A DNA stretch of 64,000 nt from an uncultured Verrucomicrobiae bacterium (lineage in GTDB: Bacteria; Verrucomicrobiota; Verrucomicrobiia; Chthoniobacterales; JAFAMB01). The notes beneath the pieces were generated by a model that was not told where the DNA came from, made no database searches, and was given only the letters and a program-made list of their open reading frames with translations. The translations under genes and the position numbers were made by a program. How positions within the stretch are numbered: the stretch's first letter is position 1; every line of letters begins with the position of its first letter. This document shows positions 52,170-61,321 of the stretch, one piece after another. The stretch covers positions 160,001 through 224,000 of the forward strand of contig CAWEXO010000008.1 in the NCBI GenBank assembly GCA_963813025.1. The letters run 5' to 3'.

Positions 52170-53016
52170 TGTGCAACCGGTCCCCTCAAGACGCTCCACA
52201 TCATCATTCCATCCGCCGATTTCCCGTTCTCTCCTGTGCCTTTTTCTCACTCTGCTTCTTCTCTCGCCTTTTTACTGGGTCTTGGTGGGCAGTTTCATGT
52301 CGCCCCGCGAACTGTTCGGCTCCGCCTTCCATCTCTGGCCGACGCATCTCGCGCTGCAGAATTGGTCCACCGCGCTCATCCGGCTGCAGCCGCATCTTCT
52401 GAACAGCTTGCTCGTCAGTACTGGGACAGCCGCGCTCACCTTGCTCATTACCGCTCCCGGCGCGTACAGTATCGTCTGGCTGAAGCCGGCCGGGCGCAAT
52501 CTGCTCTTCGCGTTCACCATCACGAGTCAAATGCTTCCGGCCATTGTATTCGTTATTCCGCTTTTTATCTTATTCTCCCGGCTCAACCTGGTGAACAACC
52601 TCTTCGGCCTAACGTTGGCCGACCTCACCTTCACCGTACCGTTTGCGCTCGTGATGCTGCGAGCATACCTCCGGGATTTCCCCTATGAATTGGTCGAAGC
52701 ATCCCTGGTTGATGGCGCCAGCCACATCCAAGCCTTTTTTCGAGTAGTTCTGCCCATTATCCTTCCGGGCCTGGTTACGGTGGCTATTTTCAGCTTCCTG
52801 ATCCCTTGGGGCGACTTGATTTTTGGACTCAGCTTGATCACCGACCCTGGTTTGCAACCCTTAACGGTCGAACTCTACAAGGCCTTCGGCCAGTATGGTA
52901 TCGATTGGAGCTTTCTTTTGCCCGGCAGCGTGCTAACCGCGATTCCCGCCCTGATCTTTGTAACGGCAGCGAGCCGCTTTATTCTGGCCGGACTGACTCG
53001 AGGCGCCTTGAAGTGA
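52170..53016 (+). CDS. Carbohydrate ABC transporter permease (MalG-like); start approximate
   Basis: ELVEASLVDGAS EAA loop, GLTRGALK. Confidence 0.9.
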
Positions 53017-53963
53017 GTACGCCAGTATCCAACGTACCCCTGCCGGACTTGGCGCTTCGCCAGCGCAACCGCCGTTCGGTCCGGCAACTCCTCCGCGCCC
53101 GGCAAGCCTCCTGGTTAGGATATGCGTTTGCCGCACCCGCTGTTCTCTTTTGTCTGCTCCTGCTCGGATACCCGGTGTTCTACAGCCTTGCTCTCAGTTT
53201 CCGCAATGCGACCGTGGAAACTTTCGTGAGCGGTAACATGCCGTTCAACGGGCTGACACAATATCAGCAAGTGGTAGCGGACCCGGTCTTCTGGAGAGCC
53301 ACCACCAACACCTTGCTGTTTACTGTGCTGAGCATCTTTTTCCAGTTTACCATCGGATTTTTGCTCGCCTTATTTTTTCAGAAAAGGTTCCGGCTGAAAA
53401 ATCTCTGCCTCGCCCTGCTCCTTATTCCGTGGGTCATCCCGGTACTGACCGCCGCCAACATTTTCAAGGGTCTTTTCAACGAAATCGGGCCGATTAACCA
53501 GGTATTGCAAGCCGTCGGTCTGGGCGCAAAGCCTTGGCTGGCGGAGCCCGGATATGCTATCGCGGCCACGATCGTCGCGAATATTTGGATCGGCTTCCCT
53601 TTCAATTTCGTACTGCTCTACGCCGGTATCCGGAACATCCCGCCCGAAATTTACGAGGCTGCGAAGCTTGACGGCGCATCCTACTGGCGACAGGTGTTCC
53701 ATATCACCTTTCCTATCCTCAAACCAGTGACTGTCGCTGTCTTGCTCCTTGGTACCATCTACACCGTCAAAGTGTTCGATCTGGTCTGGATCATGACCGG
53801 AGGCGGCCCTGCAAACGGGACCCATCTCCTCTCGACCTATGCGTACCAGACGGGATTTTCGCTTCTGAATTTCGGGCAAGCAGCCGCGATTGGCACCATC
53901 ATCGTACTTGTCATTCTCTTGCTAAACGCCCTCCAGCTTTTACTGCAAAAAATCAACCGATGA
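53013..53963 (+). CDS. Carbohydrate ABC transporter permease (MalF-like)
   Basis: YEAAKLDGAS, FHITFP, MTGGGP; GTGA overlap. Confidence 0.92.
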   Translation: MSTPVSNVPLPDLALRQRNRRSVRQLLRARQASWLGYAFAAPAVLFCLLLLGYPVFYSLALSFRNATVETFVSGNMPFNGLTQYQQVVADPVFWRATTNTLLFTVLSIFFQFTIGFLLALFFQKRFRLKNLCLALLLIPWVIPVLTAANIFKGLFNEIGPINQVLQAVGLGAKPWLAEPGYAIAATIVANIWIGFPFNFVLLYAGIRNIPPEIYEAAKLDGASYWRQVFHITFPILKPVTVAVLLLGTIYTVKVFDLVWIMTGGGPANGTHLLSTYAYQTGFSLLNFGQAAAIGTIIVLVILLLNALQLLLQKINR

Positions 53964-54082
53964 CGGAACGAAGCTCCCACCCTGAACTGCCTAACGATTC
54001 AGCTACACACTCACTCGACTCCCTGCTAATTTGTCGTTCCTTGTTTTCCTGTCCACGACAATCAACAAAAGACCACAAATCA

Positions 54083-55315
54083 ATGAACAACCCCCGAACA
54101 ACCCTACGCACACCTTGGATTTCTCTTTGCTGTTCTTTCTTGCTCTTGTGTTCCGGCGCCGGTGCCGGCGCCGCCACGACAGTTGAAATCCTCCATTATT
54201 TTAATGTCAAAGGTCAGTTGACTGCTTTGAACGAGATCGCGACAGAGTTCGAGCAGAGCCATCCCGATATTAAGATCCAGTTTACGTACGTTCCGTTCGG
54301 TGAACTAGTGAGTCGAACCCTCCAAACTGCAGCGGTCCACCGGCCGCCAGCAATCTCCTGTATCGATAACCCTGATGTTTTAAGAGTCGCCAAAGCCAAT
54401 ATTCTCGAAGATATCTCCGGGGCAGTCGCCCAGTTCCCGCTCTGGAGCGATCTTTATCCGGGTCCAAAGAGCGCGGTCACTGATGGAGCCAAGACCTTTG
54501 GAGTGCCGATTGGCAGCAACAGCCTTGCTCTTTTTTATAACAAGAAAATGCTCAGCGACGCGGGCATCGCCGAGCCGCCGAAGACCTGGGCGGAACTGAC
54601 TGCGGCGGCGGCGAAACTGACCAAGAGCCCGGTTTACGGCCTGGCTTTTTCGGCCGTGAACACCGAGGAATCCACTTGGCAGTGGGAGCCTTTCCTCTGG
54701 AGTAACGGCGGCACGTTGGCCGATCTCACCTCGCCTCAGGCCAAAGAAGCGCTTCAACTGTGGGTCGATCTGGTCAAGAACGGATCAGTTTCGAAAGACG
54801 CGGTGAACTGGAACCAAGGCGATGTGGCAAATCAATTCATTGGCGGGCATGCCGCCATGATGGTGATGGGCCCGTGGATGCTCGCAGCCGTCAAAGAGAG
54901 CGGTATCGATTTCGGAGTGGTCACGATTCCGGTGCCGAAAGAGGGCGGTAAGCCAGTCGTTCCGCTCGGGGGCGAAGTCTGGTGCGTGCTGAAGACTGAC
55001 AAAGCCGTCGAGGATGCCGCTCTGGAGTTTATCAAGTTCACCCAGGACCCCGACCGGTTGATCAAGCTCTGTCTCACCTTCAACTATGTTTCCTCAGTCC
55101 GGAGCGTTGCCAAAAAACAGGGCGAACAAAACCCGGCACTCCAGCCGTTTGTCTTGCAGATGGATACCGCCCGCGCTCGACCCAGCGAGGGCGGCGCGAA
55201 TTACCCGGCCATCTCGTTAGCTGCCCGCACCGCCATCCAAAAAGCTTTAACAGGTCAGGCCACGGTCGAGGCGGCCTTGGCCGAAGCCGCGGCGAAGATC
55301 AAGACGATTAAATAG
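54083..55315 (+). CDS. Sugar ABC substrate-binding protein
   Basis: Signal peptide, LFYNKKML, PKTWAEL, MGPW. Confidence 0.92.
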   Translation: MNNPRTTLRTPWISLCCSFLLLCSGAGAGAATTVEILHYFNVKGQLTALNEIATEFEQSHPDIKIQFTYVPFGELVSRTLQTAAVHRPPAISCIDNPDVLRVAKANILEDISGAVAQFPLWSDLYPGPKSAVTDGAKTFGVPIGSNSLALFYNKKMLSDAGIAEPPKTWAELTAAAAKLTKSPVYGLAFSAVNTEESTWQWEPFLWSNGGTLADLTSPQAKEALQLWVDLVKNGSVSKDAVNWNQGDVANQFIGGHAAMMVMGPWMLAAVKESGIDFGVVTIPVPKEGGKPVVPLGGEVWCVLKTDKAVEDAALEFIKFTQDPDRLIKLCLTFNYVSSVRSVAKKQGEQNPALQPFVLQMDTARARPSEGGANYPAISLAARTAIQKALTGQATVEAALAEAAAKIKTIK

Positions 55316-55429
55316 AGAGCAGTTGCGCAGATCTCAGTCAGTTGAGCGGAGGGAGCGGTGGGAGCGGGTTCAGCGGAGGGAGGTAGCGCGAGAGCGCCGA
55401 AGGTTAAAGCTGTGTAGGCCTCAGACACC

Positions 55430-55457
55430 CTGACTCCTGACTCCCGACTCCCGACTC
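55430..55457. repeat. Heptamer tandem repeat CYGACTC x4
   Basis: Read directly, ending 6 bp before the GH127 start. Confidence 0.8.
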
Positions 55458-55463
55458 CTTCCC

Positions 55464-57395
55464 ATGTCTCCGTGGCTCCCCGTCCCTCGTCGCCGTGTCA
55501 CCCTGCACGCCGGCTTTTGGAAAACCTGGTGCGAACGCATTGGCCAGATCACAATCCCTCATCTGCTCAATCAGATGCGGCATCAAGGTCAGGTAGATGC
55601 TCTCGCACTTGACCCGCGCCTGCACCGAGGCCGTGAACTGGCCGATCACTGGTATTGGGGCGGCAGCGTCTTTTGGGATTCTGATCTCGCGAAATGGTTG
55701 GAAGCAGCCTCGTACTGGCTTGAACACCGCAACGACCCGACTTTGGACGCGCAAGTCGATGACGTGATTGTCCGGCTAACGAAAGCGCAGCAGCCGGACG
55801 GTTACCTCAATAGTCATATTCTGACTTGGCGACCAAATCACCGGTTCAAAAATCTGCGAGACCTCCACGAACTCTACTGCGCCGGACACCTGATCGAAGC
55901 CGGTGTTGCCCACTTCGAAGCGACCGGCAAACGCACGCTATTGGATCTTGTCCGGCGCTACGCCGACTACCTGACAACCGTGTTCGGCAAAGACAAACTA
56001 CCTGGGTACTGTGGTCATCCCGAAGTCGAATTAGCTTTGATCCGGCTTTATCGCCTGACCGGAGAACAACGGTACCTGGATCTCTGCCGATTCTTTATCG
56101 AAGAACGTGGTCAATCGCCCAACTATTTCGAGCGTGAAGCAATTAGCCGGATGGACGCAACACCTTTCCGGCCCAACCACCCGGGTTCACCCTACGCTTA
56201 CATGCAAGCGCATATGCCTATCCGGGAACAAACGAAGCTGGTTGGTCACGCGGTTCGGGCCATGTACTTGCTCTGCGCCGTGGCCGACCTCGCGATTGAA
56301 CTTGGCGACGAATCCTTGCGCGAGGCGGCAGAAAGACTCTGGACCGATGCGATTGCCACCAAGCTTTACCTCACTGGCGGGCTTGGCTCTGACGCCGAAA
56401 ATGAAGGATTTACGCGCGACTATGACCTACCCAACGAGAACGCGTACGCCGAAACCTGCGCCTCAATCGGTCTTTTCCTGTTCGCCCATCGCTTGCTCCA
56501 GTTCGGCCCCAACCGCCAATACAGCGATGTCATGGAACTCGCTTTGTACAACAATATTCTGTCCGGCGTCGGATTGGACGGTCGGTCTTTCTTTTACGAA
56601 AACCCGCTCGCCAGCCGGGGCCGGCATCGCAGGATCGGGTGGCCCTGGTGGTGCCCCTGTTGTCCACCGAATCTCGCCCGGCTGCTCTCCTCAATCTCTG
56701 GCTACGTTTTCAGTGAAAGCAAGAACTGTTTCGCCGTTCACCACTATATCAACTGCGAAACAACCATTAGCGGCCACACAGTTCGCCTGACGACCGGATT
56801 ACCCTTCGATGGTCCCACGCAGCTCGTCTTCAAGAGCGCTTTCTCCAATGCTCCGGACGACCAGCATCGATCGGAAACAACCCTTTTCCTTCGCCTTCCC
56901 GCGTGGTCCGCGCGCCCAACGCTCACCCTTAACGGCGACGAACAACCGGTCGAACTCGAGAACGGCTACGCGAAAGTTTCGCGCGCCTGGCAAACAAACG
57001 ACCGCCTCGAAATCGACTTCGATCTACCCATCCGCAAACAGTACGCGCGCTACGAAGTGCAGTCAGACCGGGGCCGATTGGCTCTCAGTCGCGGACCTCT
57101 GATTTACTGCCTGGAAGAAGCCGATAACGGGAAAGACCTGGATACATTCGTGGTTTCCGATCAGGCAGAATTTGCACCGGTCACCGACCCGAACGTCTTA
57201 GACGGGTTACCGGCCGTGGAGGGGCCCGCGTTGCATGAAAGCGTATGCTCCACGGCTCTTTATCAGAGCGCCCCTCCAACAACTGAACCAGCGCGCATTC
57301 TCGCCATCCCTTACTTCGCATGGGCTAACCGCGCTCCCGGCGAGATGCAAGTCTGGCTTCGGCGCGGCTCCGCGGGCGCTGACCGATGTCCCTGA
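55464..57395 (+). CDS. GH127 beta-L-arabinofuranosidase
   Basis: DSDLAKWLEA, HELYCAGH, GHAVRAMY, YAETCAS, CPCCPPN. Confidence 0.93.
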   Translation: MSPWLPVPRRRVTLHAGFWKTWCERIGQITIPHLLNQMRHQGQVDALALDPRLHRGRELADHWYWGGSVFWDSDLAKWLEAASYWLEHRNDPTLDAQVDDVIVRLTKAQQPDGYLNSHILTWRPNHRFKNLRDLHELYCAGHLIEAGVAHFEATGKRTLLDLVRRYADYLTTVFGKDKLPGYCGHPEVELALIRLYRLTGEQRYLDLCRFFIEERGQSPNYFEREAISRMDATPFRPNHPGSPYAYMQAHMPIREQTKLVGHAVRAMYLLCAVADLAIELGDESLREAAERLWTDAIATKLYLTGGLGSDAENEGFTRDYDLPNENAYAETCASIGLFLFAHRLLQFGPNRQYSDVMELALYNNILSGVGLDGRSFFYENPLASRGRHRRIGWPWWCPCCPPNLARLLSSISGYVFSESKNCFAVHHYINCETTISGHTVRLTTGLPFDGPTQLVFKSAFSNAPDDQHRSETTLFLRLPAWSARPTLTLNGDEQPVELENGYAKVSRAWQTNDRLEIDFDLPIRKQYARYEVQSDRGRLALSRGPLIYCLEEADNGKDLDTFVVSDQAEFAPVTDPNVLDGLPAVEGPALHESVCSTALYQSAPPTTEPARILAIPYFAWANRAPGEMQVWLRRGSAGADRCP

Positions 57396-57638
57396 GCAGC
57401 GCATCGAATGGCAAGCCTTCGCGGCCTCAACCCCACTCGCTTGCTCTTTGCCATCCGGATCTTCCAACACGACCTTGCAACCATTCACGCGGACCGCCCG
57501 ATGGCTTCCCTCCTCGCGTCGAAACCTGGCCACCATGTCGGCACCGGTTCTCCGTTACAAACGTTTGGCCCAAAGCCGCGCGGCACTCGTGGAGTACCTC
57601 AATGGACAATGACCGATGGTGTCCGGCCATTGCCCGCA

Positions 57639-58229
57639 CTATCTTTCCACGATCACCCAGATGTTCGTCTGACCGGCCCAGTTAAACAGTTCTTGGGCAT
57701 GCGGCGCTCCCACATGGATGCAACCATGTGACTCGACATTCGGATCACCTTGATGAATCGCTTCTCCGCCGTGATAGAACAGCGAGAACGCCATGTTATC
57801 TTTCCCGGGAAACTCACTGCTGCTGTGATGACGCAATCGGCGAGAAGTCATTTGGAAAACCCCTACCGTCGAGCGAAAACCGGGCCTTCCTCCGATGACT
57901 GGACTAATGTACAGCGCCATTGTTCCATCCACATACGCAGTTAGTTCGCGATCGAACAGATTAACCAGAATACTACGTGCCTGGGGAGCGCTCGGAACAT
58001 CGCCCGCCCCTGGTCCGTCAGCCGGTAATTTGTCGTTTGTGATCGGGCCAACGACTCCATCCACCGAAAGCCCATTCTGAAATTGGAACTCCATCACCCG
58101 AGCCATCGTGAGTGCATCGAAATTCCCATTGCCCGTTAACCGGGGCAACCGGGTCGGACCGACAAAGTTCAGAGCGATCTGTACATTTTCAACAGCTTGG
58201 CCGCTATCGCCATATTTAAGATTTTGCAT
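57639..58229 (-). CDS. Peptidoglycan-binding plus L,D-transpeptidase (YkuD) protein
   Basis: FQFQNGLSVDGVVGPIT; AIHQG...SHGCIHV. Confidence 0.9.
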   Translation of the reverse strand: MQNLKYGDSGQAVENVQIALNFVGPTRLPRLTGNGNFDALTMARVMEFQFQNGLSVDGVVGPITNDKLPADGPGAGDVPSAPQARSILVNLFDRELTAYVDGTMALYISPVIGGRPGFRSTVGVFQMTSRRLRHHSSSEFPGKDNMAFSLFYHGGEAIHQGDPNVESHGCIHVGAPHAQELFNWAGQTNIWVIVER

Positions 58230-58381
58230 AATAAGATCCGAGGTTAACCGCGCCTCTCAAGCGTCGCTATGACCCGTTCGAGTAAGCGCACGGTTTTCTT
58301 GGAATCGCCGTATTCCTTAATTCGAACGAGCCGCGCGTACTTTGGAGTTTGCGATTGCTTCAGGCGATGCTCCGCTACGAC

Positions 58382-59311
58382 ATGCTGACAACTGAAATCG
58401 CCACCGGCCTTTATCACCTCGATCTCGGCTTCGTGAACGTCTACTTCATCGGTGAAAGAGATCACTCCTGGTTCTTGATTGACACCGGCGTGTCCAACAG
58501 CGCCGAAAAGATTCGCGCCGCGGCCCGCGAACGATTCGACAAGACTATACCGTCCGCCATTTTGCTGACGCACGGTCATGCCGACCATTCCGGTTCTGTC
58601 AAGGAACTTGCTCATTTCTGGAATGTCCCGGTCTATGTGCATCCGGCGGAGTTACCATTTTTAAGTGGCTTCGCGACCTATCCTCCACCAGACCCAACGG
58701 TTGGCGGCTTTCTGGCTTTGCTGACCCGGTTGATGCCGGGCAAGCCGCTAGACCTCAGCGATCTATCCCTGCTCAACTACCCTCCAGATGGCATTTGTCC
58801 GGCCGGTCTCCAACAATGGCAATGGATTCATACTCCCGGCCACGCGCCTGGGCAGATCAGCTTGTACCGGAAACGCGATGGCGTATTGATTGTTGGAGAC
58901 GCGCTTGCAACGATGAATCTGGATTGTTTTGCCAGCGTCCTTCGCAAAAGCAAAGCGCTCAGCCGTCCGCCCGCTCCGGTAACCTTTGACTGGGAGGCTG
59001 CCCAGCAATCGGTGAAAAGATTAGCAGCTCTCGGACCAGCAATTGTCGCGGCCGGCCACGGTCAACCGATGTCGGGCGCCGATTTACCCGATAAATTGCA
59101 AACCTTTGCGGAGACGATGCGCCCACCGCGGCGCGGCCGCTATGTACGGAATCCAGCCCGCGTCGATGCCAGCGGCATCACTTATTTGCCGCCCGAGCCG
59201 GCCTCCGCGTTCCGGTCGCCCTGGGTCGCCGTTGCCCTTGCCGGCCTCCTGCTGCTGCTCACTCTTCTGGGCCTTCGGTTTCGCCGGGCTCCGCGACGCA
59301 TTAACGTCTGA
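58382..59311 (+). CDS. MBL-fold metallo-hydrolase
   Basis: LIDTG, THGHADHSG, TPGHAPG, VGDA, GHG; C-terminal TM. Confidence 0.9.
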   Translation: MLTTEIATGLYHLDLGFVNVYFIGERDHSWFLIDTGVSNSAEKIRAAARERFDKTIPSAILLTHGHADHSGSVKELAHFWNVPVYVHPAELPFLSGFATYPPPDPTVGGFLALLTRLMPGKPLDLSDLSLLNYPPDGICPAGLQQWQWIHTPGHAPGQISLYRKRDGVLIVGDALATMNLDCFASVLRKSKALSRPPAPVTFDWEAAQQSVKRLAALGPAIVAAGHGQPMSGADLPDKLQTFAETMRPPRRGRYVRNPARVDASGITYLPPEPASAFRSPWVAVALAGLLLLLTLLGLRFRRAPRRINV

Positions 59312-59368
59312 GGAAATCACCTAAACACATGGCCGTTCAGGCGCTTTTTTATTGGTTCGACCTTTGCA

Positions 59369-59766
59369 TCACGGGCTGATCGGCGTGACCGATGGAAAGT
59401 ACGTTCGATAGCGAGCAACGTCACGGGTAAGCAGGGCCATACCTTCAATGGCGGCGTGAGCGCCAATGTAGAAATCAGGCAGCGGCGCTCGTTTCTGGCC
59501 ACCTCGACGACGATATTGGAGGAAGCACTGGGCGGCGAGAAACCGGCGTCGTAGGGGAGCGGCAAACGCTGAAAATTCCCCGGCGAAAGCGCCTCATCCA
59601 GCACCTCGATTGTGAGAAATCCCAAGGAAACTTCTGCGTATATGATCGGGTTGATCGCCAGAACTTCGCGTTCCGCATGATAGACGAGTTTTTCTTCCGA
59701 CCAGGCCGACCACCGTGGATCGGCGGTCAGCACATCGAGCAGCACGCTTGTGTCGACCAGGACCAT
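59369..59766 (-). pseudogene. vapC: VapC PIN toxin with a 1-nt frameshift (possibly a sequencing error)
   Basis: MVLVDTSVLLD...YAE; adding one T at GGTTTCTC (~59541) restores GFLAAQCFLQYRRRGG...LPDFYIGAHA...LLTRD. Confidence 0.85.
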
Positions 59767-59771
59767 TTCGA

Positions 59772-60008
59772 TCAGGTTTCGCTACGCACCAGCTTCAGGA
59801 GTTCGTCTGTCGAACGTTGACCGGATATCTTCCCCCGCAGTTTCTCGACGAGGGCTCGGCCCCGACCGGACGAGCGGCTGGACTTGCGCAGCCGCAGTTC
59901 ATTTCCTTTAGGACTGACCACAAACTCAACCTCGGTATTTGGCAAAAGACCAAACTGTTCTCGAAAACGCTGCGGGATCGTTACTTGGCCTTTCGAGGTA
60001 ATGCGCAT
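59772..60008 (-). CDS. vapB: AbrB/MazE/SpoVT-type antitoxin
   Basis: MRITSKGQVTIPQRFREQFGL; upstream of the PIN gene. Confidence 0.9.
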   Translation of the reverse strand: MRITSKGQVTIPQRFREQFGLLPNTEVEFVVSPKGNELRLRKSSRSSGRGRALVEKLRGKISGQRSTDELLKLVRSET

Positions 60009-60031
60009 TCTTACTCTTACCGGTAGTACTA

Positions 60032-61155
60032 GTGCCTAATTGCGTAAGTTAGTTATATGTATGGCGACTTTCCCCTGATGTACCTGGGATTTGGTCCATT
60101 CGAAGGGAGCCGCATTGTTATTGTAGTTCTTGATGAAGGTGTCGATGGCGTTGCGCAGCTCTGCCACGCTGGTGAAGTTTGCCCCCTGGAGGGCTTGGCG
60201 GCTCAAGATACTAAACCAGATCTCAATCTGGTTGAGCCAAGAAGCGTGGGTTGGAGTGAAATGAAAATGCACATTGGGGTGAGCCTTCAACCAGCGATCT
60301 TGCTTTGGCTTATGGGTCGCAAGGTTGTCTAAGACCACATGAATTTCTTTGTCGAGATTTCCGGCAACTACCTGGTTCATAAACTCCAGGAATTCCCGTC
60401 GGCGCTGGCGCCGGTAATGACCAGCCTGCACTTGGCCGCTGGCAATGTTGAGGGCGGCAAAGAGAGTGGAGGTGCCATGGCGCTTGTACTCGTGGCTAAA
60501 ACCCGTCAGCGCCCTGCCATTGGGCAAGCGAATCCAACCTTGGGCTCTTTCCAGGGCTTGAATGGCTGGTTTTTCATCAATGGCCAAGATGAGCGCATTC
60601 TGGGGCGGATTGAGATAAAGACCGACAATGTCAGCGGCCTTGCGCACAAACTCCGGATCGGTGGAAATGCACCAGCTGCGGCGCCGTTCCAATTCAATGC
60701 CTTGTTGGCGCAAAATGCGCCAGACTTGATCGGAGGAAACATCGGCCAGACTCTGCGCCAGCAGTCGCCCATTCCAGCGCCCGTAGCCCGCCGGTGGATC
60801 TTCATCCAGCAGCGCCAAGACCCGCTTGACCGTCATTTGATCATACTTGGCCGGCTTTCCACTGCGTGGCGCGTCTTCCAAGCCAGCCAGGCCTTGGCGC
60901 ACAAAGCGCCGCCGCCATTTACTCACCGTCACCTCGGGAATGCGCAGGCTCTTGGCAATCGCACGTCCACTCAAGCCCGCTGCCGCCTTCAAGATAATCT
61001 GACTCCTGACCTTGAGCCGGTGTTCGACCCGTTGCGCTCGACTCCAACCCTCCAAGAGCTTGCGGTTTTCCACAGAAAGTTTGATGCAACCCATTGCCAT
61101 CCATCCAACAAATCATAATTTTTCATAAATATAAAGAACTAAAGCAACTAAGTAC
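60032..61155 (-). mobile_element. IS630-family insertion sequence
   Basis: Imperfect IRs (CTAGTGCCTAATTGCGTAAGTT vs CTAGTACTTAGTTGCTTTAGTT); TA duplication in CTAG at 60030-60031 and 61156-61157. Confidence 0.88.
60036..61100 (-). CDS. IS630-family transposase
   Basis: DAPRSGKP, IDEKPAIQAL, YKRHGT, LDNLATHK, ASWLNQIEIWF. Confidence 0.95.
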   Translation of the reverse strand: MAMGCIKLSVENRKLLEGWSRAQRVEHRLKVRSQIILKAAAGLSGRAIAKSLRIPEVTVSKWRRRFVRQGLAGLEDAPRSGKPAKYDQMTVKRVLALLDEDPPAGYGRWNGRLLAQSLADVSSDQVWRILRQQGIELERRRSWCISTDPEFVRKAADIVGLYLNPPQNALILAIDEKPAIQALERAQGWIRLPNGRALTGFSHEYKRHGTSTLFAALNIASGQVQAGHYRRQRRREFLEFMNQVVAGNLDKEIHVVLDNLATHKPKQDRWLKAHPNVHFHFTPTHASWLNQIEIWFSILSRQALQGANFTSVAELRNAIDTFIKNYNNNAAPFEWTKSQVHQGKVAIHITNLRN

Positions 61156-61321
61156 TAGTTTCAGTCAACGCTTTCCCGGGTCCGGGAAGCTTAGCCAAAA
61201 TCCGCGAGACGTCTTAGCACACCGATTCCGTCCGTTTGGCAGGCCACAGCCGGCAATCATTCGTGACCAACAGGTCTGCCTGAAAGGGTTGACATCGGAT
61301 GATAGACTAGCCTTTCAAACC

